Below, one piece after another: positions 30,201 to 42,200 of a DNA stretch of 64,000 nucleotides. The position numbers and the translations under genes are program-made. The stretch comes from Chloropicon primus (taxonomy: Eukaryota): assembly GCA_023205875.1 (NCBI GenBank), contig CP060761.1:682001-746000 (forward strand). Direction: 5' to 3'. Below the pieces are notes generated by a model. It saw only the letters and a program-made list of their open reading frames with translations, was not told where the DNA came from and ran no database searches. How positions within the stretch are numbered: position 1 is the stretch's first letter; every line of letters begins with the position of its first letter.

Positions 30201-33200
30201 AAGCCCACAGATTCTGAGTCAAACATCTCAACTTGGCATATCAATGCACCGAAGTATGCCCCCATAGGACCAGCACGCCATGCAATAGATTCTGCATCTG
30301 CACGCTCATACGCTGTACTGCAATCCAAACCACACGTCTCCTCAAGCGTACGCATCTTTCCTGGAGCACGACTAGACACCGATGACACATATATCAACAT
30401 GTCCTCGGAGATCTTGCCACCGGGAATGCCTTGCGCAACGGTCTGCTCTTCCATTTCATACACAGCGTCTTCAGGAGCCATTGTCTCGCTGATGAACCCT
30501 GCGACTGCATTGATGTTTGGATAATCAAACACCAAAGTAGAAGGCAATTCCACACCCATGCTCTGTTGAACTGTATTGAAGAGCTCCACAGCTCCTAAGG
30601 AGTCCAAACCTGCATCCATCAAGGGCTCGTCCAAACCCACTTCACGGCCTACAACATCATTCACCATGATCTTCAACTGGCTCACTATTTGAGATGTGCG
30701 CTCCTGTGAAGATAGTGATGACATTGCAAAACGTTTTGCTGTGTCCTTGTCCTTGTCCTTGTCCTTTGAAACATTCTCAGATGTGCTCACTGAAACTTCA
30801 CTGAAGAAAGCAGGAACAGAAGGCATCAATTTCAGGAAGCGGCCCCATGAGATTGGTGCTGCCGCTACCAAAGGCAAAGACATGCCAGCACTGACACTAT
30901 CATTGGCGGATCGCAAGATACTTCCCAAAACACACAAACCTTCAACTGACGTCAAAGATTGCATGCCAACACGTTCCAGTCTCGAAGACGTAGAGGAAGA
31001 CTGCAGAGCCATTCCTCCACCAGACCATGCTCCCCACTGAATGCTGGTGGCACAGCCTCCCTGAGACTCCATGGCGCTGGACCACGTGTCCAAGTAGGCA
31101 TTGGCTGCACTGTAGTTGGATTGACCCGCTGAGCCTAGCAACGACGCTATGGAAGAGAACAACAGTTGAGAGGAAACACTGTGACCCCAAGAGCGCGCAT
31201 GCAAATGATGCAAGGCATCCACCTTGGGTGCAAAGACAGTGCGTACACTCTGCATGCTCTGAGATCCCAAAAGCATATCAGACAGCAAGCCTCCAGCATG
31301 CATCACTTGAGCCAAAGGCATGTCAAGGCCTGGCCACGACAAAGCACTGCTGCACTCCTCCTGGGAGCCTGCATCGCATCTAATGGCACAGAACACTGCA
31401 CTGCTCGATGGATCTTGCAAACTCAACAAGGCAGACTTGGATTTGTCCATGTCAACAGGCAACCTGTAATGACCAGAACGTCCGGCAAGCCTGAGATCAG
31501 GGGTCATGTGTTGGGCAGCCCACTGACCCATAAGGGATCCAAGGGCACCCAAACCACCTGTCACAAAAGAGCAACCAGACTCCTGCATACTCAACAGGCT
31601 TGTGGTGCCAAGACCCTGGCTCACAACAACCTTGCCAACATGCTTAGCACCAGCCAGCCAACGGAGGGCAGCTTGAACGCCGTTCAGTGTATGAGAAGTA
31701 CTTCTCAGCCCTGACACGGCACCCTCTGCAATACCACCAGCAAGACGGCACAGTGCCTGGTGTGTCCTGGCAGGAGGCAAGAAGTCCACCGCCAAAAGAC
31801 TGTAAACCACATCAGGACGCTCCCGGTGTACACCAGATGGACTCCAAATGTCGCGCTTACCAATCTCCACCAACTGACCACCAAGGTGCAAGCAAGATAA
31901 ACTTGCTCCGACCATACCTGATGATGTCAGTGAGTTGAGAATCAAGCCCATGCCTTCCACCTGTCCATTGTAAGCCGTTTGTCCCAAATCAGCATACCTG
32001 GTCGATCGCGAACTCACAACATGTTGTACGCCCATAGATCTCAGCAAGTGCCTCTTCAAACTGCTACCTGCTGTGGCCCACATCTCGCCACCAAGGGCAT
32101 GAACCACTTGACAAGCAGCCAGGCCTATGCCTCCCGCAGCGGCATGCACCAGTACAGCCTGACCTGCATTGCTTGGAAGAGATGCTGCATGGCACATGGC
32201 AACATCTACGGTCATGAACACAGTGACCATGGTGCATGCCTCCACAAAACTAGCGGCCTTGGGAATAGGCACAACAAGCTGATGCAGAGTGTATGCGTGC
32301 GATCCCAGACAACCAGGTGCCAAACCTGCCACCCGGATGCCAACCTGCAATGCATCTGGAGCATCATGCAGATGACGGGTGTCCCACACATCACTCACGA
32401 TACCAGACATGTCACTTCCTGGAGGACCAGGATCTCCTGGATAAGCTCCAAGAACATTCAAGACGTCCCTGAAATTTAGACCAACAGCCATTACCTGAAG
32501 GAATACCATGCCCTCCCCTCCCGCGTCAGAATCCAGCTTGTGTGCAGCCAAACTACTCAAAGAGCCCCTTGGGCTGGGTACAAGCTGAGAATAAGACAAA
32601 GAGGAAGACACTCTACCATGCAGCAAACGAGACTGGAGCCAAGTGTTTTGCCTGATAGCCGCTTCCAGGTCGTGCAATGACGTTGTCAGGCTCTGTGCAG
32701 ACACATCACTTGGAGCATACATATCAAGATCCACATCATGCATTGCTTGACGTGGGCGCTCCTGAGCCAATGTACGCATCAAACCCAGCATACTTCCGAA
32801 TGACCAGTTGCTGAGGGACGAGGAGCTGCTTGACCAAGCCGCAGGCAAGCATCCCAAAACAAGAGCAACAAGCTTGCTTGCGCCTGTTACACTTTCAGGA
32901 AGCTGTTGCAGTAAAGCCATTACTGCTTGAGTCACCAGCATACTGGCATTCACGCCAAGGCCAGGATGTACTTCAAAAGCAATCTCACTCTGGTCCTGCT
33001 CCAACAAAATGGTGAAGCGAGAAAGATCATGTCCTTGCAACGAAGAAGAAGATGGCAAAACAACACTATCACATTGCCAAGAAACCTCGTACAGGAGGTC
33101 CTTCTTTTCTGTGACAGCCTGGGCCCTACCCACTGGACGGGCACCCATCTGCCTTGCCTCCAACTCACTCAGAACGGCAACAGGGGCACCGCTCTTCCTC

Positions 33201-36200
33201 TGGAGCACGTGATTTGTGATCACAGACTGTGAACCAGAAGGTGGTGCCACGGACTCTGCCAAAGCATACATATGCAAGTCATGCGTCTTCTGTGGCACAC
33301 TGAAAGCTCCAAAGCCGGCAGGCACATAAGCTCCTCCAGACATACCGGATGACTCCGCAGAGTCACTTCCAACGTGCATCACGGCAGCCAGCTGCAAGCA
33401 GCCATCTAAGGCAGCAGGGTGAACCATCATACCTGACTCATCGTGATCACCTGGAAGGTGCTCAGGGATACTCTTCATGCATCCTTGAGCAGCCCTACCT
33501 GTCTTCACACGCACATTCCATGCACCACTGAACTGGGGACCGTACTGAAGGCCCGCCAAAGCCAAACCTTGGCGCACTTGTGACCAATCCAGTGGTCCTT
33601 GGCAGAGACTGCGGGTACAATCTATAGAAACGTTTGTGTCCGTAACAGCATCTGCGCTGACGATCTCACTGACAAGCCGAGAAGCTAGAGAACGCATGTG
33701 TACGCTGCCTCCGCTCGGGCCTGACATGCTGGATGAAGAGCCTATCTGAAGCTTGCCCGTCAAACACCAAATCTTGCTTTCCAAGTACAGAGGAGCACTT
33801 GTTGAGTCATCTGTTGGCGAGACTGGCAGCATCAGAGGTGCAGCGATGGATGCCTGCACTGCAGCTCCAGGCAACGACCCTTGATGAGCCACCGCAACCA
33901 ACGCACAGGCTGTCTCCATGAAGCCAGCTCCAGGGAAGAGCACACGGCCCATCACCCTGTGATCCCAAATCCATTGCAGACTTGGACGCATCAGTTGGCT
34001 GTATGTGCACACATGAATGTCGTCGTGCAGAACGGGAACAGCGGCCAGAACCAAAGGATGGGAAACAGGTCCCACCCAGAAGCGCTGATTCTGCCAGTGC
34101 TGGCCCACCCAACTTGAGAGCACTCCTACATTCATCATGGTGTGTTGGACCAAAGCATGAGCATTGGTTCCTTGGAACGCAAATGCACTCACACCAGAGG
34201 CATGTGTAGACTCACTCCAAGTCAAACCATTTTGCTCACGGCACAAATGACCCATGCGAGCTCCTTGCGCAGATTGAGATCCTCCCAAAATACGCGTCAG
34301 ATGAGGGTTAATGTGACGCAAATGAAGCACAGGAGATGTTGTTCTATGGCATGTGCCATGAATAGCATGGATCAGGCCAACAGCTCCAGCAGCAGGCTCA
34401 GTGTGACCCACGTAGGTCTTGCCCGCCTGAACACTGAGAGGCGCAGTTCCCTCCAAATCAGCACTTCTGGATTGCAAAAGCACCGCGTGGGCTGCACCAA
34501 TCTCAATAGGGTCTCCGAGCGGAGTACCCGTACCATGCATGTTAAGGATAGCCACAGAGGAGCTTGCCAAAGAAGCCCTCTGCATTGCACTGGATATAAC
34601 CTTTTGTTGTGCAGGGCCGTTTGGTGCAGTCAAGGCAGATGAGCGACCATCTTGGTTCACAGCAGATCCTGCAAAGCACACCACATGGCCTCCTGTCTCA
34701 GCAGACTTGCCTTCTGCGTCAAGCAACAAAACACCACAAGCTTCTCCACGCACATATCCATCTGCATCTGCATCGAGGGTCTTGCACCTGCCATCAATGG
34801 CCAACATACCAGCCTGCTTGAACACAACACCAGTATCAGGAGCCAAGGTCAGGTTCACACCACATGCAAGTGCCATAATGCACTCCCCAAGTAACAGACT
34901 GTCACATGCTATGTGGGATCCTACTAAAGAAGAGGAGCAGGCAGTATCTGTGCTGATTGCAGGACCTTGTAAACCGTAAACATACGAAACACGACCTGCA
35001 GCAACACTCAACGCAGTTCCGGTAGATGAATACGAACTACCCTTCGTCCTATAGTAGCTTCCCATCTTTCCGTACTCCATTGCAGATATGCCAACAAATA
35101 CACCCATGTTGTCTTGTTTGGAGAACTTGAAGCATACTTGCAAAATGAATCTCTGCTGTGGATCCATCACAAGAGACTCGCTGGATGAAAGCTTGAAGGC
35201 ATGTGCATCAAAGTTCTCTACTTGTGGGATGAAGCTGCCAAAGTATGATCCAGCTGAACCAGCCATCCACCCAGATGATTCACAGTCACCTCGGGAATAT
35301 GGTTCCACAGTATCAATTCCACAAGTGGATGCAAGTGAATCCATACCAAGGGAACAATGGCTTCCAATGGATGTAATGGCAATCGTAATACCATCCTTGA
35401 GTCCTCGTGCATCTGGCACGGCAGATTCAGGCTTTGAGGAAAGTACATCGCCACCTTGGGCATCCTCCGGAGCAAGGATGTCACTCAAATGATTGCCAAT
35501 CATGGATATGGAAGGATAATCAAATATCAAGGTAGCAGGCAAATCGATTCCAAACCTCTGTTGTAAAGCATTGTTGAACTCCACTGTTCCAAGAGAGTCA
35601 AGTCCTGCTTCCATCAAAGGCTCTTCTGCTGATATCTCTCGGCCCACGACACTAGCTGCAAGAGCTCCTACAGATGATATGATGGCTTCCTTCTGGAACC
35701 TCACTTTACCGGAACGCTGTACAGGTACTTGCGAGGAACTGCTTTCGATGGATACAGAAGTAGCCTTCCTGAAATTGTCAAAGACTTTGCTTTCTCCGAC
35801 ACCAGCAAGGAACTTGTCCCATACAAATGGAACTGCACTTACAACTGCATTCGATACACAAGGACTTCCAAAACGATGACTGGAGTTCTCATACAATACG
35901 CTTTTGAGCACAGATAGACCTTCTTCTCCTGACAAAGCTGGCATGCCAACACGTTCCAGTCTCGAAGACGTAGAGGAAGACTGCAGAGCCATTCCTCCAC
36001 CAGACCATGCTCCCCACTGAATGCTGGTGGCACAGCCTCCCTGAGACTCCATGGCGCTGGACCACGTGTCCAAGTAGGCATTGGCTGCACTGTAGTTGGA
36101 TTGACCCGCTGAGCCTAGCAACGACGCTATGGAAGAGAACAACAGTTGAGAGGAAACACTGTGACCCCAAGAGCGCGCATGCAAATGATGCAAGGCATCC

Positions 36201-39200
36201 ACCTTGGGTGCAAAGACAGTGCGTACACTCTGCATGCTCTGAGATCCCAAAAGCATATCAGACAGCAAGCCTCCAGCATGCATCACTTGAGCCAAAGGCA
36301 TGTCAAGGCCTGGCCACGACAAAGCACTGCTGCACTCCTCCTGGGAGCCTGCATCGCATCTAATGGCACAGAACACTGCACTGCTCGATGGATCTTGCAA
36401 ACTCAACAAGGCAGACTTGGATTTGTCCATGTCAACAGGCAACCTGTAATGACCAGAACGTCCGGCAAGCCTGAGATCAGGGGTCATGTGTTGGGCAGCC
36501 CACTGACCCACGAGGGATCCAAGGGCACCCAAACCACCTGTCACAAAAGAGCAACCAGACTCCTGCATACTCAACAGACTTGTGGTGCCAAGACCCTGGC
36601 TCACAACAACCTTGCCAACATGCTTAGCACCAGCCAGCCAACGGAGGGCAGCTTGAATGCCGTTCAGTGTATGAGAAGTACTTCTCAGTCCTGACACGGC
36701 ACCCTCTGCAATACCACCAGCAAGACGGCACAGTGCTTGGTGTGTCCTGGCAGGAGGCAAGAAGTCCACCGCCAAAAGACTGTAAACCACATCAGGACGC
36801 TCCCGGTGTACACCAGATGCACTCCAAATGTCGCGCTTACCAATCTCCACCAACTGACCACCAAGGTGCAAGCAAGATAAACTTGCTCCGACCATACCTG
36901 ATGATGTCAGCGAGTTGAGAATCAAGCCCATGCCTTCCACCTGTCCATTGTAAGCCGTTTGTCCCAAATCAGCATACCTGGTCGATCGCGAACTCACAAC
37001 ATGTTGTACGCCCATAGATCTCAGCAAGTGCCTCTTCAAACTGCTACCTGCTGTGGCCCACATCTCGCCACCAAGGGCATGAACCACTTGACAAGCAGCC
37101 AGGCCTATGCCTCCCGCAGCGGCATGCACCAGTACGGCCTGACCTGCATTGCTTGGAAGAGATGCTGCATGGCACATGGCAACATCTACGGTCGTAAATA
37201 CTGTAATCATGGTGCATGCCTCCACAAAAGTAGCGGCCTTGGGAATAGGCACAACAAGCTGATGATGTGTGTATGCGTGTGATCCCAGACAACCAGGTGC
37301 CAAACCTGCTGCGGGTTCTCCGATGTGCAAGAGTGAAGAGCCCGAAGTGGTAATGATTCCACTTGCATCTCCTCCTGGAGGACCAGGATCTCCTGGATAA
37401 GCCCCCAGAATGTTCAGGACATCCCTGAAATTTAGACCAACGGCCATGACTGCAATTTCGACGATATCATCTGGCAAGTCATGCACTGTTAATCTCTGAC
37501 TTGTTAGATTCTGGATAGATCCTCTTGGGTTTGGATGTATATATGTAGGTTGAATGGCAAACCTGGAAGTTTTCAGTAGTTTTGGCACAAGCAAAAGCAT
37601 ATCCACTACAGCACTTTCACCCCCGACGTTGTCACTCAGGCTGGGAGCTTGCAAGCTGTCAATATAATGCAGATGGTTGCTTTGTTGCGGTCTTTCCTGT
37701 GAAAGTGTGCGCAACAAACCAGTCATGACAGAAGTTGAAATATTTTTCAAGCTCCCAGGAAGACGTACTTGGCATTGAACTGTTCCGGAGTTGCATATTG
37801 CGGCTGTACCAGCACTTGCTGGCGCTTGTTGGAAGTAGGATACGAATATTGAATGCATCCTTGACCCGCAATAGCTTTCCTGTGAAACAGAAAACATTTT
37901 CCATTTGTTGGAACCCGTTTCTTCTCCATCTGCTTTCAAAAAGAGATCACCATCGTGAATGACCAATCTTTCTTGACGCACAGCCATTGCTTCTTTGAAT
38001 GGTGAAGAACCTTGCCAACAAAGAGCATACATCAGGTCTTTTTGCAACTCACTGGTGATCGTTTGGTTTTGGATTGACTCCTGTACCTTGGAAGATTTCG
38101 CAGGCTTTGCTATCAATCCGCAGACTGAACACAAAGAGTTCATATCCATAGACTGCAAACTGTGATGTGTAGATATGTGCCCTCCATGTGTGTAATCCAA
38201 TTTTGCTTCGCCAATCAAAGGACCAGAAGCCTTACCTGGAATACAAACAAAGCCAATGCTTGCAGGCATAAAAGTACCCTCCTTCTTATTGGAGGAGTAA
38301 AATTCTGAAGCTAGCACAAAACAGGCATCCAAAGAAGCAGGATTTACCTCAAAATCACTTTTCCGTGAATCACCATGAATGCGACTTCTCATTGCAGATG
38401 TCTCCCACTTGTCCTTTGATGATTCCAAGACTTTCTTGCAGGCTACAGAAGAATCTTCTGAACTGTTCACGTTAATTTTGGACCTAGGCAGATTTGTTGC
38501 AGTGGCTTGCACATGAACATAAGTCCTTTCCTGTCCTTTGATGTCATCTTCCAGCCGCGATGAGATCAAAATTTTACCAGTATCCATGGAAAGTTTTGTT
38601 TGAAGAATGTGATCATTATCACCAACATCGAAGACATAAGGCATGACAAAGGAAGTACCCGACACCCCACCTTCATGAGCATAGAGTGAGTCACATGTCA
38701 TACGAAGACTTACTGTGTTGATATCAACAAAACCAGCACCTGGCATCAAAATCTTGTTCATGATGATGTGGTCCTTCAGCTTGGAAAATGTTGGATGCGA
38801 TATCCAGCACTCATATTCTACATGCCTTCCTGTTCGTGCTGGATGCTGAATACCAGGATGTCGCATCAAGGTAGGCAAGCAGGACATATCAGCCCAGCAC
38901 AGCTTTTTGTCGCCGCAAATTCTGCCTTCCAATAGTGCACCCTCTGAATTTTTCTTGTTGAGCGCAGATACCATGTGAGCATTTATTCCGCTCATACCAA
39001 AGGAACTAGAACCTGCTACTTGAGCCAGTTCAGGTAGAGTTTGCATTGCGATACTCCCATGTACCCAATCAGAGAGGCAGTCGCCAACATAAGGATTTAT
39101 GTTCCGCACCTTCATTGGAGGATTCATGCTAGAGCTTAAGACCAAAGTACTCAAAAGAAGTCCAGCAAGACCGGCTGTGGACTCTGTGTGCCCGAACAGC

Positions 39201-42200
39201 GTCTTAATTGCACCCGCTCCAGTCATATCAGAGTTAAGCTGCATCTTTTTCAGCACCTGACCTATAGCACTCATTTCAATTGGATCGCCCAGGCTGGTTC
39301 CTGTACCATGGGTTGAGATATAATCAAGAGATGAAAGCCCTGATTCTTGCAGGGCATCCCCAATCAACGCCTGTTGTGCAGGTCCATATGGCACAGTCAG
39401 CGCACTAGACCTACCATCATGATTGACACCAGAACCAACAATGATCCCATCCATATCCTTGATCTCTTTGACGGAGCCGTGGAATACCATGACAGCAAAA
39501 CCTTCACCTCGGCCATATCCATCAGCTTGCTGATCAAATGTTTTACACCTCCCGTCTAATGAAAGTGCACCTAAGCCATGAAGCAACAAGGTATTCTCAA
39601 AGAGTACAATTGCATTGGCACCTCCAACAACTGACATGTTGCTCTCGCCTGATATAATGCTGGACCTCGCTAAGTGCCCGGCAACAAGTGATGATGAGCA
39701 TGCCGTGTCTAGGCAAATACTTGGACCAACAAGTGCAAAAATGTAGGAGACTCTTCCTGACATGAAAGACATTCCATTTCCTGTGGATGCATATGTTCCA
39801 AAAAGACCTAATTTGGATACCAGATTTGCGTACTCATTTGGATTCATAGACCCGATGTATACTCCACAGACATCTGTAGACTGTAAAGAAACATCTGCTA
39901 GACTTTCTTTTGTCAGCTGCAGAAGCTTCCTGTGTTGAGGATCCGTTCCAACTGCTTCCGAAGGCGACATTCCGAAAGGCAGTGGCTCAAACATGTACAT
40001 ATTATCTACGAATGTAGCAAATCTAGGAATCTTTGCTGTGTTGACACCCTCAACATTACCAAGTCTATCCATGTCCCACCGTTCAATGGGGATAGAAATT
40101 TGTAAGGACGAGTCAGACATGATCGATTCCTTGAATGTGCAAATACCATTGACACCGGAAAATTCCATTGATCTTGCAGGTATCACAACAATTGTATCTG
40201 AGCTCTGCACAACACCTGACACAAGTCTCGCTTCATCCTTTTGGGTACCTATGTCAAGTTGCATTGTTTCTGCAATATATGCGGATATAGCTGATATGCT
40301 AGGATAATCAAACACAACTGTTGGGCCAATTTCAATTCCAAACGAGTCGTTCAATTGCTCCCTCAGCTCTACAGTATTTAAAGAATCCATTCCCGATTCC
40401 ATGAACGAAGCGTCATCAGAGAGCTCTACACCTAAAATGCCAGTAACGAGCGTCTGGACACGCGCTTTCACATTTTGAACAGGTGCATGCCTTGTTGGGC
40501 TATCACGGATCTTTGATCTGTCCTCTTCCCTCTGTTTGTATTGATATTGCACCGCATCATCAGCTTCTGCTCCACTGTCAATGGCAGAAATATCAAACTG
40601 CAAGTTTGTGCCCACTATCACAGATTGAGCCCGCGATTCTTCGCTAGGTGATTTGTTCTGGCCAGCAATCGCAAACTTCAAAAATCCCACTCTACTCAGA
40701 AGGGATCTCCAACCATTTGGACTAAGCAAGGGTGATCCCCTTATTCTATTTTGAGGATCATCGAAAGCCCACCAACCATCTAGCAAGCCAAAGGTCATAG
40801 TACTGAAGATAGTGAAAGATGTCAGCTCATTGATCACCACGATGCCATCACTGTTTATGAGACTTGCAACATTTTCCATGGTCACATCCATGGTTTGTGT
40901 TGCATGCAGCACATTTGCTGCAATCACAATGTCATAAGAGTGCACACGGAAACCTTGAGCAGACACGCCCTTGCCTACATCAAGCAATGCAAACTCCATG
41001 AACGGATAGTGGACTCCAAATGTTTTCCTGCCATAAGCTAGAAAGTGGGATGACACATCTGTGTAGACATATGTGACATCAGCTCCACTATCTGATATTG
41101 CCTTTAACACGTTTGCTGAAGTGCCTCCAGTTCCTGCACCTATTTCCAATATTCTCACTTTCCTCTTTTTTGACATTTTCTTCAAGTACTCTAGAGTTAC
41201 GCTAGTTACTTGCTCATTGAAGATGTCGGACAGAGGATTGTTCTTGTACATAGGCTCAACAAGATCATTTGAGCCACCAGGGAAAATGATTTCTGTTGCT
41301 GCAATTTTACCTGTAAGAATAGGCCAGTAGTTCTCTGCACATATAGTCACAAGGTGAACATGGCCACCTAGGAAAGAGTATTGTTGTTCAAGTGAGTCTC
41401 TCATTCCAACAAGGTCATCTTCTGTAACCTGAGGAATCTCAAGAACGTCATATGAATCATTCACTTCTTTGCTCTTTAGCCATGAATTCTTCTCCAATAC
41501 TTCAAAGAAGGTTCCAAATAATCGTTGATATTTGTCTATGATACCAACTTCCTCTGCAAACACAGTCACATCTATGTGAGTTGATGCCTCGCGACAAACA
41601 TCTTGCATTTGTATTTGATGCAACAAAAGATAAGTACAGTATTTTGAGAGCTCGACAAAGCCTTCAATAGTATTTCCAACGTTTTCTTCAGATGCCACGG
41701 AAATGCTCTTGACAATCTCAACGAATTCGTCAAACTTTTCCTCACCGCTTCCTTGAATGCTGAGAGCTGGGATTGACCTTCGAAGAACAGGGGTAAAGAA
41801 GGTCCAGTCCAATCGTGCCGCAAGCACGTGGGACACATGCTCATCATTTCTGAAGGCACACATAAGCTGGTGGAGGGCAATCAATCCCTCACTCGGTTGT
41901 AAAGGCGATATTCCAGCCCTTGCAAGTCTCTTCAGAGTTCCCTTCTGCTGAGCCATTCCAGCTAAACCTGCTTGATCAGCCCATGCACCCCATGATACAA
42001 CAAATGTTGGTTTGCCATATATTTTCAAAGATTCGAGATAGCCATCAATGCATGCATTGGATAGGCTATAGGTTCCTTGTCCTGGAGATCCAATGACCGA
42101 TACAGCTGAGCCGAATCCCACTTGTAAGTTCAAAAAGAAGCCTGAGAACCAATGATTGAAGAGCTGAATAGCATCTAATTTCGTACTCATGATCCGTCGA

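Larger units (their letters stand above)
25399..30403 (-). other. Module M7: KS-DH-ER-KR-ACP, with a +1 frameshift in the ER
   Basis: All motifs present; length 5,005 bp = 5,004 + 1 inserted base. Confidence 0.92.
1..35010. repeat. Coding tandem array of about seven ~5.0-kb units (one PKS module each)
   Basis: Homologous shadow ORFs recur at 1020, 6021, 11022, 16020, 21018, 26022 and 31027; units differ by scattered SNPs and a few short patches. Confidence 0.98.

Noticed and set aside
1..35010. 5-kb repeats as satellite DNA, rDNA, transposon or CRISPR array
   Set aside because: Each unit is exactly one in-frame PKS module; no rRNA, transposase, terminal repeats or spacers were seen.
1..35010. 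Array as a pure assembly artefact
   Set aside because: Copies carry distinct frame-preserving SNPs, indels and patches, so several are real. The exact copy number still needs read-level confirmation.
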